From: Gracilinanus agilis
Lineage: Eukaryota
Assembly (NCBI RefSeq): GCF_016433145.1
Contig: NC_058134.1
Coordinates: forward strand, 283,390,643 to 283,454,642
Direction of reading: 5' to 3'
DNA: 64,000 bases
The position numbers and the translations under genes were made by a program. Every line of letters starts with the position of its first letter. The first letter of the stretch is position 1. Below are positions 22,986-55,415 of this stretch, one piece after another. The notes under the pieces were generated by a model. It ran no database searches. It was given only the letters and a program-made list of their open reading frames with translations, and was not told the origin of the DNA.

Positions 22986-24867
22986 GTATGACGAAGTGCC
23001 TGGCTTTGTGCTAGATGTTGGGGTTATAAAGACAAAAGCTAAGTAGTCCCAATCCTCAAGAAATCTACATATGTGTATACTGCCATATATGCTCATCTGG
23101 GGGTGGGGGTGGTTTGGGGAAGGAACTATAAGCTGGGGAGACCAGGAGGTATTCCAAAAGGCTGAGGAAAGGGAGGAGAGAGCATTGCAGGCATGCTAGG
23201 TGTCTGTGAGGACCAGCAAAAAGATCAGTTGCGTAGGACTAGGGAGTAGATGGTGGGGAATAATGTGTAGTAAGACAGAAAAAGTAGCAGGGAACCAGGT
23301 GGTGAAGAGTTCTAAATGCCAAGCAGATGAGTTTCTACTTAATAGAGGGAATTGTTGTTATTAAAAATGAGGAAGGCAGATATTAAAAGGGAGAATAGTA
23401 TTTTAATAAAAGCTATGCTGATAGAGACAAAAATCATTAGACCACGCGCCTGTAAGTATTCAAACTGCCGCCTCAGCCATTTTACCTTTCCTATCTTCGT
23501 GTGCCCAGGTAGCTAAAGAGGAAGTTCAAAGTCACTTCCCAATATTTAAAGCTGTCCCTCACCTTGAAGACGTAATCCAAAACAGGAAACCCGTTGGGGA
23601 TCACGGGAAATGTAGTTCCAAGGTCCCCCAAGTGATTTTAATAACACAGAATGAAGAGCCACCAGAATTCATCAAATACTCACACCTCAAGTCCCTGGAA
23701 GGCCCCTCTGATTGGAGGAAGGAGTGGTGAATGCCTTCCAAAACCTTAATCCTTCATTGAATGAAGTCGTCCAGAGGAACCTTCTCCTTGTTTCCCACAG
23801 GGCTGCTCTCCTTTGGATTTCTCTGACATGGGCTGCCCCAATTGTTCCAAGTATTCCTTCCCCCCTCTTTAATCTTCTTTTTGTGGTCTTCCCCTCCTAA
23901 AATGGTAAGCAACATGAGGGCAAGGCCTGTTTCTATCCTTAGAACCTGCCAGGCCTTACTAAGTGTTTGCTGAATGCTCTTGAAGAAGAAAGGCCGGTAG
24001 TGTTGCTGTTGTTAAGTGAGGGGATAAAGTCCTGGATCAGAAGAGTGTGCAGATAGAAACAACAACATTCAACGACTGATTAGATGTAGGGAAAGTGAGA
24101 TGGGGACATTGAAGAGCCCAAAGTGTTGAACCTCAGAGACGAGGAGTATGATGCACTTGGTAGAAATGAGAGGTGATCTTGAGAAGGAAATGGCAAATCA
24201 CTCTGGTATCTTTGCCAAGAAAGCTCCAAATGGGTTCACAGAGTCAGACGTGACTGAGAAATGATTGAAAACAACAGGACATTTAGTTTGAAATGTCCCG
24301 CAGAGCTCTGGTGATACAGGGCTGGAGCTCAAGAAAGAGAAGAGGGATGAATATAAAGATTTAGGAATCACCCACATCAAGGCCATAATTGAACACCTGA
24401 GAACTGAAGAAATCTGCAAAAGTGAGAAAATGTAGAAAAAAGAGAAGAGGGACCACAACAGAATAATTGTCCCAAGCTTTTTCTGGGCAAGACATTTTCT
24501 GGACCTTAGTTTCCCCATCTATAAAATAGGGATACCTCCTATTTTATAGGTACATGACCTTTGGGAAGCAAAAAAGGGCACATGAGACAAAATGTGTAAA
24601 TGCTTTGTAAATTTTAAACCATTGTGTAAATAGAAATTCTTATTTGGAGCATTCTCAAAGTTTAACTGATAGAAGGAGGCAACTCGGAGATCAAGAAAAA
24701 CTGAATGGGATATCATCTTCCCCAAGGAAAAGAGTAGAGATAGCTCTATCTATCTGAAAAGGAATGGGTAACTTTAAAAATAATGATAATGCTTTTATTT
24801 ATATAGCACTTTCTATATGTTCTCATTTGGTCTTTCAGCTTTCAGAAACAAATGTTCCCCCATCTCA

Positions 24868-24893
24868 ACACACACACACACACACACACACAC
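24868..24893. repeat. (CA)n microsatellite, about 13 units
   Basis: Direct reading. Confidence 0.95.
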
Positions 24894-25831
24894 CCCACTC
24901 CAGAGTAGATCCAGGTAGCTGAGCAGCCTGTTTTTCAGCTTGATGGAGATGTGAGGTCACTTGGCTGAATTAGTATCTCTTATCACTCTCAGTGCTACTT
25001 CAGATATTTCTTCCTCTAAGTGCTTGAAGTTCAGGAGAAAAACAAAGGATCAAAAAAGATAAGCTGATCCTTAAGAGTTGTTAAATTCAGAATCAAAACG
25101 AAATACAGTTCTGCAAGGGAAAGGAAACTCCAGCTGGAAAAGCTAGAATTGTAATAATCTGTAATTCTGAAACATCAAAGTAGCAACAGATTATGACATC
25201 ATTATCCCTTGCTTCTAGTGAATAAACCCCCCAAATCCCAGCCCTTTTCAACTCTACCGCCACCTTTCTGTAGGAAATAAAGGAAACAAGAAGTCATCTA
25301 GTCTAACATTATGAGGCATGAATCTCATCTACAATGTCCCCACTAAATGGGCACCCATGGAGATCTCTACTGATTAGGAACTTAATAGTCCATTCTACCT
25401 TTGGAAAGCTTGGATCCTTAGGTAGAGGCGTTTTGACCCAGAATCAGTTTGGCATGCTAAAAGAGCATTGATTTTAGAACTGGGGAGGCCCAGGTTGGAA
25501 TCTTTGCTACTTGGAAGACTCAGAGCAAAATCATAGCCTCTTTCCATCCTGTTCCACTCACCTGGGGCTGCTAGTACAGCCCTTTAGTCAGGAAAAACAA
25601 ATCTAACATCTCCCAAAAGTACCCAAGAAACTTCATAGGGTTTCATAGAACTTAGGACTGGAAGAGACCTTAGAAATGATCCTTTATTTTAAAAAGGGAA
25701 ATGAATAATCTCGAAGGTCTCTTCCACTTCAAAATCCTGAGGCTCAGATGATGAGACTTTTAAGGTCATCTAAAATGTTAAAGAGAAATGATGCTAATTA
25801 GCATTTACATGTTAAGGTTGACAAAGCATTT

Positions 25832-26026
25832 ATATATATATATATTTAAACCCTTACCTTCCATCTTGGAGTCAATATTAGCTCCAAGGCAGAAGAGTGG
25901 TAAGGGTAGGCAATGGGGGTCAAGTGACTTGCCCAGGGTCACACAGCTGGGAAGTGTCAGAGGCCAGATTTCAACCTCCCGTCTCTAGGCCTGGCTTTCA
26001 ATCCACTGAGCTACCCAGCTGCCCCC
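25832..26026 (-). mobile_element. SINE1 copy with (TA)n tail and 12-bp target-site duplication
   Basis: GACAAAGCATTT at 25820-25831 and 26027-26038 flanks the element. Confidence 0.92.
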
Positions 26027-27221
26027 GACAAAGCATTTTTTAAGTACCATATCTTAGTTTATCCTTACAAACCCGGGAAGCAGTCTATTATCATCCCATC
26101 ACTGACATGAGGAAACTGAGGCAGACACAAATTATTTGCCCAGGGTCACCTAACTAGTGTGTGAGACCAATTTGAACCCAGGGCTTCCAGACTGTATATC
26201 CAACACCCTATTGGCCTGGGCCTCCAAGTTGCTGCCAAGATGAAAACCTCAGTTGATTCCAAATACCTTTCTTTTTACTATCCCAAGATAGTCACCCTGT
26301 CTTCTATGGATTAATTATCTTTAGTTGCCTCAACTGTTCACATGCCATGTTTCCTGGTTTCTCATCATTATGGTTGCAGTCCTTTGGATACAATTCAGTT
26401 CAATGCTTTTCCAAAAATGTTGCATCCAGAATTGAATCGGACTCCTTAGGTGTGTGACAGGGGTTAAGTTGGAAGTCTGTACACAAGACCCATTAATTTC
26501 TGATCATACTTAGGTAAAGAAATAAACTCCGAAGTGAAAAAATAGGGCTTGTTCTTCCCCTTAGAGTAAACCTCACCTGATTATGTTAGCTTGTCAGGAT
26601 CTTTTTGGATCTAGATTGTCATCCAACAATTAGCCATCCTTCTTGGCTTCTCAGAAACTTTTTATCCATGCTCATTGAGATCATAGCTATTTCTGTTGGT
26701 CTTACTCAGACTGGCATGTTAATGTGTTGGGACTTCCAGAGCCTTATCTACCTGCTGCCCTCCCTCCAACCAAATCCATCCACACACCGGAACACAAATA
26801 TTACTTATCAGTTTTATTTTTTTAAAAAATAACAACATTCCTCGGAAGGGGGTTTGGGGTAATCCTATTATTTGTGAACAAATGGACTCAGCAAGAGGTA
26901 CATTTCCACTCCAGAAAAATTAAACAACCATAAATCTCCCACTTCCTACAAATCTTAAAATTCTAATCCAGAAAAACGAGTGGGATTTTGATTACTCTCA
27001 TTGCTCCCAAAGAGAACAGAATATAACTTAAGATGGTATAAATGGTCCTCCTATTAAGACAGTGGGGAGCTATCATATCAGAGGGAACCTTGTTCCAATT
27101 CACTGGAATTTGCTTACCCAAGACACATCTTCTACCCAGACCACCCCCTCCCCACAACCCATCACCAAATGAGCAGCATTACAAATGGCACATCAGAAAA
27201 TCATCAGCAAATCCAATTTCT

Positions 27222-27227
27222 TTTATT
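27222..27227 (-). terminator. PA2G4 distal polyadenylation signal
   Basis: AATAAA about 1 kb after the stop codon. Confidence 0.6.
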
Positions 27228-27977
27228 GACGCAATCTCACTGCGTTTAAAAACCCCATGAGTTAGTGGGAGCCCCAGCTCCCCAAGACAAGACCCCACAT
27301 ACTAACCGCCCCTCCCACAATCCCAAGCCCCAAGAATCTGTACAATCCAAGTCAACAGCTTCTGAAAGGAGGAGCCCCCTCCTTAAGAGTCAATCAGCTC
27401 CCCTGACTCCTGCCCTCTCTCTCTCAGGAGAGGACTTTTAGAGCACCACACACAGGAACCACATTGGCAGATGGGGCTTTCACTTCTAGATTGAGAACTA
27501 TGAGCAATTCCAGGTACAAGGCTGAGTCAGGAAGGGTCATTTCCTTATAGTTCTGCGAGAAAACAAGTGGATCCTGTCCTTGCAAAAACTAAAAATTTAA
27601 ACAAGAGGATCCATCCAACAGAAGAGAATCCCAGGTGAATCCCAGGCTCCGGCTCCTACAAAATGGGAGGGGCCTGGCCAGACAGCCTGGATCTGAGTAA
27701 GATTCTGCTACATAAGAATTAAAATGAGTAATGGAGGAAGACACCTCCCCAACCCCATTTTGAGGCAAGACAAAGACTTGAAGAGGCAGAAAGGGGCTGG
27801 CACCCCAGACAAATGAGATACGGACAATAGGAAAGATGAGAGTAAAAAATTCCAGGGGAGGCAGTGGAGCTAGATGGGCCATCTGCCTCTCCCTGTAGAG
27901 CTGGGCGACCTTGCCCAAGCAGAGAGCAATACAAAAAGTTAGAAAGAGGGGCTTGAAGACAGGTTTTGACTCCTGAT

Positions 27978-27983
27978 TTTATT
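27978..27983 (-). terminator. PA2G4 proximal polyadenylation signal
   Basis: AATAAA about 250 nt after the stop codon. Confidence 0.6.
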
Positions 27984-28229
27984 ATTCAATTTCTTATTTC
28001 TGTTTAAAGTAGTCTGCGATGGCCAGGAGCCCTAGCCTCCCATGGCCAGAGTCAGTTGGAGCTGGTAGTCATTGGAAGGAGGGTTGGTTGTAGGGACTGG
28101 GATGGGGGGAGAGGCTCCCGCCTCTGCCAGCGGTCCTGGGTGGAAAAGATGAACCGCTCTTGGTGGAGCCCAGGGTGTAGTAGGAGGGGAAATAGGGAGG
28201 AGTATTGGGCTAGGGAGATGGAAACCATC

Positions 28230-34800
<6,571 letters not shown>

Positions 34801-35426
34801 CCATGAGAAAAACTGCCCCAAAGGGGACGGTCTAGACCGGGGTGGGGTGGGGTACTTCCCAGTCATCTTAATATAAAGCACCTACCCTGTGCCACGCACT
34901 GTCCTAACCCCTGTGATTACAAGGAAAGGCAGAAAGCCCCAAACATGTATGGTACCTACAAGCTACACATAGCTAAACTGGAGATAACTGGGGAGGCACC
35001 GGCTTCCCACTGCATGGGCCAAAATGGTCCACTGTTAGGGAATTCTTATTAGAAAAGTTTCAGATTTTGGTGCCAAACAGGGCTGGATCTGGAGTCTGGG
35101 GACCCAGCTCTGTCACACCCTTACCACGTGTCCCCACATGTTCATGGACAAGTCACCTAAACTTAAGGATCTTAACTTTCTTTTCTGAGAGTCGAACTAA
35201 ATCCCGTCTAGTCTAAATCTGTGAACTAAAGGATTAGATTAACAAACGCATATTGACTGACAATAGGACCTAAAAGGCCCCAGATTCTGATTCTCCCATT
35301 TCAGGAATTTGAGAGTTCTTATTGTGATGGGGTACACAGAGGTTAAAGAAGAGGGATTTCTTCATCAAATCCCATATGTAAATTCCTACTAGTCACATAT
35401 AGGAAGATGATAAAACTTTTGACATT

Positions 35427-35432
35427 TTTATT
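35427..35432 (-). terminator. Candidate ERBB3 polyadenylation signal
   Basis: AATAAA about 990 nt after the stop and ahead of the PA2G4 CpG island. Confidence 0.6.
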
Positions 35433-36422
35433 CCAACACGTATAAAAACAAAACAAAACAAAAATACAGCTCCTTCAGTGACACACCTGAGATTCTCCAC
35501 CCCACTCCCATTCCCCCAAAAAGAGATGGGTATTGGGGAATTTGGACCCTCCTACCATACCAACTGGAGGTCCCTCACTATCACTGGACTGGGCATGGTC
35601 CAGGAAAATTGCTTTTAGGGACTCTGGTGAATCTGCTTTGGGATAGTAGGAAGCCCTTGGATTATATGAAGGTAGTTTTTTTACATGCACAGAAGTGTGG
35701 TTAAGTATAAATGTGAATGGTAGGAGATTTTTTTTTTTTTTTCCCCCTCTCATCCAGTCTTCTCTGCTGCTCCAGCTTTATGTATGTGTGAGTACTTTGG
35801 TCAGTGATGGTAAACTTTAAAAAAAGAAATTACTTCCAAGGGCCCTGTCTTTATGGTTTTCTTTACCTCCTTCCTCTTTCCATCCTTTGAGCTCTGTTGA
35901 CTAGGGGAGGTAGTAAGCAGCTGGTCCAGCTCCAGCCTTTGTGTGGGTAGGTAGGAAATAAATTGTCCCATTCCCTACCAAATAGCTAGACTTTATATAG
36001 AGGTTTTCTTAAGAGCCAGAAATACTAACTGGAATACTTGAACAGCAAAAATGACACAGGAATTAATTCTTCATATCTCCAGGGATTCCCCCTAAGGTAT
36101 CTGGGTAGCATAGAGGTGGGGATGGCACATAGCATAAAGGAAACCCTCCCAACTCTCACCAGATCTTTTGGAGGAGCTAGAGAAGAAAGTGCAGAATTGA
36201 TAACACTACATACATTTTGTTGGGGGTGAGGTGGGGTGGTATTTAAAAGCACCCCCCCCACACCAAGTAGGAGTGAATCAAGATAACCTCCAGGGATTGA
36301 GAGGAGAGCCTAAGGATAGAGGGAACACTGGGAGATAGCACTGAAAGGGTAGTAAAAGAGGGGTGCCCTCTAGAGGTGCCAGCTGCCATAAAAAGCCCCC
36401 ACAATGTCCCAAGGAGGAAGTG

Positions 36423-42759
<6,337 letters not shown>

Positions 42760-43024
42760 CTGGAGAGGGGAAGGATGACATAAGGAAGATGGTCTCAGAG
42801 AATTCTCAGGGAGCCGTGACCACTGTCCCTTTGCCCAGTGACCCCAAATTCCTGAGACTGGTTCCAAAGAGGAATGTGACACCCACCTGGGCTCATCCCC
42901 AATCCACTGTCCTCCCACCCCTCCTAACCTGTTGCCTACCCTTCTCCCTAGTTAGCTCAAGCCATAGGGGAAGACTTGGGAAATGGAAGTTTAAGGGCTT
43001 GGGCATATTAAGAAGGGTACGCAC

Positions 43025-49461
<6,437 letters not shown>

Positions 49462-50420
49462 GGCTGCTGCTTGCCGGGGGCCCGGGCCCAGGCCGGGGCT
49501 CCGGGGCTAAGACATCAGGACTGAGCAAGCCACCTGAGCTCGGAGGGGAGGAGGTGGTGGCGGCGGCGGCAGCAGGCTGGCCAGGTAGCCAACACCAAGT
49601 GTTCCAGGATCTCGAGCTGGAGCCAGGACCAGGGGGGAGGGAGGGGAGAAGGAAGGGGGTGCGTACGTGTGTGGGGAGTGGGGTGAGTCACGGCCGCTCC
49701 CGGACTCGCTAGCGCTGGCAGCTCCTCTGACTTTCGCAGGGTTGAAGTTCGATTTCGCCTGAGTCTCAGTCGTCCCGCACCGCCCACCCCCCTTACGCGG
49801 GCCTCGAGCTCATTGGCCAGACTGTGGGAACCCCCTTGCTCCGGCCAATCAGAGCAACAGTAGGGCTCACCCTCGTTTTCTCGTAGGAGAGGGGGGCAGA
49901 AAATTCCAAAGACTGCCCCCACACCCACTCCAGTAGTTGAAGGAAGGGCTCTCTACCGGCTGGCTCCTCCCACTATGTAAATGTACCCTCCCCCACCCTC
50001 TTACTTCCCTGGCCGGTTGGTCCACTTTGGTGTTTTTTTATCCCTCTTTGGCTGGGGGCAGGGGGAGCCCCTGCCTCCCCCTCCACCCCCGCCTCCCTGG
50101 GGAATTGAGACCCCACTACCGAGCCTTCCCGCCGGCAAGAGCCAGAGCCTCTCCAAGGCCCCGTGAAATCGCACGGTCTCGGGATGCTTCCCCCTCTCCA
50201 AACCCGGCGCCTGCCCAGCCTCCTGGGGGAATTCGAGGAGGGGAGGGGGCTTTAGTCTGGGAACAGACCCCCAGGCCCCGCCTTTCCATTCCCACTCGGA
50301 GGAAGGGAGAGGCAGACCCAGTCGAGCTAGGGTGGGGCTAAGTCTCAGTGCACCTGTTGCAGCCCGCACCTCCCCTACCCCGCCTTTGCTACCCCCCACG
50401 GCCGATCGAAGGGACAGCTG
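49462..50420 (-). promoter_or_regulatory. ERBB3 5' UTR and CpG-island promoter
   Basis: CpG/GC-rich region directly upstream of the ATG; CCAAT boxes near 49812 and 49845; GC boxes. Confidence 0.75.
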
Positions 50421-51379
50421 TCTCTCCCCTACCCCCTTATGAATTTGTCCAACCGTCTCACAGTTTCTGTGCCGTCGTTCTTGGGGGGAGGGAACAGGGG
50501 GGAGGGGGCCTCAGATCAGGTACACACTGGTTGGTCCATACTTTCTATCACCACTGCCATAGTCCCAGTGCAGGACTTCGTTCCAACTCGTCTCTACTAT
50601 TGAAAGAGGCTTTGAACAGGACTTCCCGAATCCGCTCCTCCTCTGGCAGTCCTTCCTGGTAAACGATGTCACTCCTATTACTTATTAATCTTTAGTGTCT
50701 CCCCGTTGCTTGCCGATGGAAGTCCAAACTTCAGTCCATCAAGGAACATGTTAAAGCCCCTACTGTGTTAAACACTGTGCTAAATACTAGAGATAGGAAG
50801 GAGGACAGACGTGATAGGGTCCCTGCCCTCCACGAGGTTCACAGAGAAGTAAATACAACTCTGTAGTGATGCTAGTGGTGGGAGAAATCAGGAAAGGGCT
50901 CTTGAGGAAAGCAGCTAATAAATAATAGTAATAATAATAAAATGTTAACTAATAATAACTATGTGGTGCATAGTGTGTGCTTTACAGTGAGTATCTCACT
51001 TAATTCTAAATCTTATGGGGATTATCTCCATTTTATGGGTGAGGAAACTAAGGCAAACAGGTTCATTGACTTGCCCAGGGTCACACGACCAGGGAGGCCA
51101 GATTTGAACGTGACTCCCTCACTCTAAGCCCAGGGCTCTAGCTATCTGCTGTGCCACCTAGTTGTCCACTTTAGCTTTGAAGGGTCAGGAGGGGAAAGAA
51201 TTAAGCTAGAACAGCCCAAAGGATGGAGGTGGGTGGTAGACTATTGTATATAGGGAATAACAAAAACAGTTTTAGATGGATGAATGGAATAAGCATTGGG
51301 TGGCTGCTAGGTTCAGAAGCAAGTAACAGGTAGTGTGGTTTAGACATCAGGAGCAGATTGGAGTTTCAGTTCCAGCTTC

Positions 51380-51890
51380 TAACAATCTGAAGCTGCCAGA
51401 CTCAGGAATAATCATAGACATAAGAGAAGCTTGCAGTTTTCTCAGCAGAGCTTTCCAGCTGACTGATTGAGACTGTTTAGCAGTTGTCTGTTAGCAACAA
51501 ATCCAAATCCAGGTTAGGAATTTGCACAGCTCAGACCAGGGAAAAGGGATCAGACTGTGTCCTGCATCAGATCACTTTGGGAACACTGAACATTTGCAGT
51601 TCCCCATCCTAAGATGTCCTTGAGCTCCTGGAATAAGGCAGTGCTCAATACCCTAAGGAAGCAGCAACAGGAGCAGCCCAGACATTCCCTCCAGAAGTGA
51701 GCAGAGCCCAGCCCTAACATCAAGTCTAAAGTCAGGAGGTCATCTGGGAGAAAGAACAAACAAACATGCTATAGATGCAAATCCAGAAGAAGAGAATGAC
51801 ATTAACACATCTACAAAGTCTCAAAGCAAAACAGAGCTTGGACACAAATTCAATTAGAAAGGCTGCAGCAGCTGAAGCAACATTTTATTT
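51380..51890 (+). mobile_element. L1 5' UTR/ORF1 start remnant
   Basis: GCAGAGCCCAGCCCTAACATCAAGTCTAAAGTCA...CAGAAGAAGAGAATGAC resembles the marsupial L1 5' UTR-ORF1 junction as recalled. Confidence 0.6.
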
Positions 51891-51967
51891 ATTTATTTAT
51901 TTTTATTACATTTATTTTATTAAAACACCCAGTGTTTCCATGTGACCTACACTGGCTTGACTAATCT

Positions 51968-52066
51968 CCCTGTAGTAATTTCTCCCCAATATATTTTTCT
52001 CCCTGTAGTATTTATTACAATATATTTATTATTCCCTGTAGTAATTTCTTCCCATATATTTTTGCC
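51968..52066. repeat. 33-bp tandem repeat, 3 imperfect copies
   Basis: CCCTGTAGTA starts at 51968, 52001 and 52034. Confidence 0.85.
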
Positions 52067-54584
52067 CCTCTGGCATCCAGCCCCACTTTCTGCCCACAGA
52101 GGGACACAACTCTATAGAGGAGCAGGTTAACATCATGTTCATTAGATTTATTTTATTTTTTTTTAAGTTTTAATTTTTTTTTTAGAAAAATTTTCCATGG
52201 TTACATGATTCTTGTTTTTACTTTCCCCTTCACCAGCCTTTGCCCGCCCCCATATCCAACTTGCATTTCCACTGGTTTTAACATGTGTGATCAATCAAGA
52301 CTTATTTACATATTATTTATATTTGCATTTGTTTGGTCATTTAGTGTCACATCCCCAACCATGTCTGTATCAATCCATGTGTTCAGGACTCAGGATGTAA
52401 AAAGCTATCCACCTTCAAATAGAGAACTGATGGTTTCAGAGTGCAAATTGAAGCATTCTTTTCCCCTTTGTTTTCCTTCCTTTTGGGGATAGGGGTGGGG
52501 AGAAACATGGTGAATATAGAAACATGTTTTACATGACTTCATATATAATTTACAATGGAACTTCCTATATAATGTGTATTACATTTCTTTTTTTTCTCAA
52601 TGGGTAAGTGGAAGGAGGGAGAGAATTTGGGACAGAAGAAAAATTAAATTGAATCTAAATGAAAATTCTTATATAAGGTGAAAAAAAAGACTTAATGGAT
52701 GTGGTATCAAGATGACAGAGTTAGAAGTAGCGTTTTTTGCCTTGGCTCCTCCACAGCCTCCTCCACAATGACCTAGAAAGCATACCAAACTAAATTCTGA
52801 TTGGGAAAGCCAAGAAAATGTCACTGTGAGTCATTTTCTAAGCCCATAGCAGCTCAGGAACATAGTTCTATAGACATTGGGATGGGTGAGTGGAACAGCT
52901 CGGAGTCCTAGGGTAGTATAAAAGGACTGAACACCTAATGGAAAAGGGATCCCTCTACTAGCACTGTGAACAGGGATGGGTTTCATCTTCTAGTTTCTCC
53001 TGTCCATTATCTATTTCTAGGCAAGAGTTCTAGAGTAGAGAGGAGCCCTCACAGCTCTCACCTATGTAAGGAGCAAAGAATAAGTTCCAGAAACATAGCT
53101 GTGTGACTGAGCCCAAGAGTAGAGTGGGGAACTCAGTTCTAACTTTTAGAATGGAGGGGGAAAGGGGGAAAGTGCAATTCTCATCTGAGCTGGTTAGAGG
53201 AGCATTATATATAGAAATTCATCTTACTCAAAAGGAAGTAAGATGAAAAGGGGTAAACAGAAAAAGGGAGTTAAGAAGGAAAGTAGACAAAGGGAGGCAG
53301 TGGTCAGATACAAAACAGACTCTGGAGGAGGAAAAAGAGTGAAAAAGAGGACTATTATGAGAGTATAGAGTGGACAGAAATGTATAGTTAGCAATCATAA
53401 TTATGCATATGAATGGGGTTCAGGGCTACTTAAGAGAAGAGAAAATAGAATATTTAAATAATCCTATATTAGAAACAGAAATTAAACAAGCCATAAGTGA
53501 ATTCTCAAGTTCTCAAATTCTCAAAAAAAACAACAACCCAGGACCAGATGAATTTACAATTGAATTCTTCCAAACATTTAAAGAACAATTAATACCAAAA
53601 CTACATAAATATTTGAAAAAATAAGTATATGAGTCCTACCAAATTCCTTTTATTACATCAATATAGTCTTGAAACCTAAACCAGAGATAGCCAAAAATAA
53701 AGAAAACTATAGGAGAATTTCCTAAATGCATATTGATGCAAAAATTTAAAATAAATATTAGCAAGGAGATTCCAAAAATATATCACAGAGATCATATACT
53801 GTGATCAGGTTGTATTTATACCATGAATGCAGATCAGGTTCAATATTAGGAAAACTATAAGCATAATCAACCAAATTAATAATAAAACAATGAAAATCAT
53901 AGGATTATTTCAATAGATGCATAAAAAGCTCTTGACAAAATACATAATCCATTCTCACTAAAAAACACTATAAAGCTTAGGAATAGATCAAGGTTTTCTT
54001 AAAATGATAAGTATATATAAGTATATGATATTTAAAACTAAGACCAGGCATTATTAGTAATGGGGATAAACTAGCAGCCTTTCCAATAAAATCAGGAATA
54101 AAGAAAGAATATTTATTATCACCATTTTATTCAATTTTGTACTAGACATACTAGTTATGGGAATATGAAAAGAACGAGAAATCAAAGAAGTAAGCAGTGG
54201 CAATGAAGAAACCAAACCATCACTCTTTGCAGATGATATGATGGTTTATTTTGAAAACTGGAAAGTCAACTAAAAAACTAGTTGAAACAATTAACTTCAG
54301 CAAAGTTGCAGTATGTAAAATAAACCACACAAATCATCAGCATTTCTATATATTTCCAACAAAACCCAGCAAGAAAAAAATAAAAAAGAGAAATTCTATT
54401 TAAAATAACTGTATATAGTATTAAAAAAATACTTGGGAGTCTACTTGCTAAGACATATATAGAAACTATATGAACACAATTACAAAACACTTTTCACACG
54501 AATAAAAGACACATCTAAACTGTTGGAAAAAATATTAATTGCTCATGTGTAGGCTGAGCCAACCCAATTTTTAAAAAATCATTT

Positions 54585-55140
54585 TTATTGATTGTTGTCC
54601 TTTGTTCTTGAAGGCAACCAAGAATTTCATCAATGGGTGATATTTTTTGATTCCTGCATAAAGGGATTACTAGGAATGAAATACCTTGAGAAAAATGATG
54701 TTGCCACATGGGCCACAACACTACAGAATTTGGATTTAAGTGAGGCTGAGTTGCACAAAATCATCAGCCTTACTCTCTTCCAGAGTTATCAAAGTCCAGT
54801 GGCAAGACAAAAGTAAGACAACTGGGGATGAAGTGGAAGACCATGGCTTCTATAATGTCTAAGCAAGCTCTAAGTGCTCCAGACTACTTGCTTCAGCTGC
54901 CTTCATAACTCTTGGAACAATTTATTCTCAACACTCATTCCATGAGGGAAAGACTTTCATATCTAGAGTAGATTTCCCCTGACTCACTGAGGGATTTGAG
55001 GCCTGTCAGTTAGTTTTAACCTGGTTTAGGCTGTCTGCTGAGATTGTTTTACTAGGGTTGCTGTTCATGGTAGACACCAAAGGAAGAAAGTAGCCCTGAA
55101 AATGGCACAGCAAGCCCTTGAACCAGAGGTTCTAGTTTTC
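54585..55140 (-). mobile_element. RTE-related marsupial element (WALLSI/RTE-SINE-like) inside the L1
   Basis: Begins TTGTTGTCCTTTGTTCTTGAAG (reverse of an RTE-type 3' tail) and splits the L1. Family name is tentative. Confidence 0.55.
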
Positions 55141-55149
55141 CCTATATGC

Positions 55150-55415
55150 CCTGTACATCCCAAAAGGAGGCAGCAAGGTGGCTCAGTGGATAGAATGTTG
55201 GGCCTGGAGTCAGCCTGAGTTTAATTCCAGCCTCGGACATTTCTTAGCTATGTGACCCTGGGCAAGTCATTTAACCTCTGCCTGACAAAAGGATCCACTG
55301 GAATCATTGGAGAAGGAAGTGGCAAACTACTCCAGTATCCTTGCCAAGAAAACCCCATAATAGCTATGGTTCATGGGGTCACAAAGTTAGATGTGACTCA
55401 ACTACAACAATAATA
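55150..55415 (+). mobile_element. MAR1-type SINE
   Basis: GGAGGCAGCAAGGTGGCTCAGTGGATAGA head, GGAGAAGGAAGTGGCAAACTACTCCAGTATCCTTGCCAAGAAAACCCC, (AAC/AAT) tail. Confidence 0.85.
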
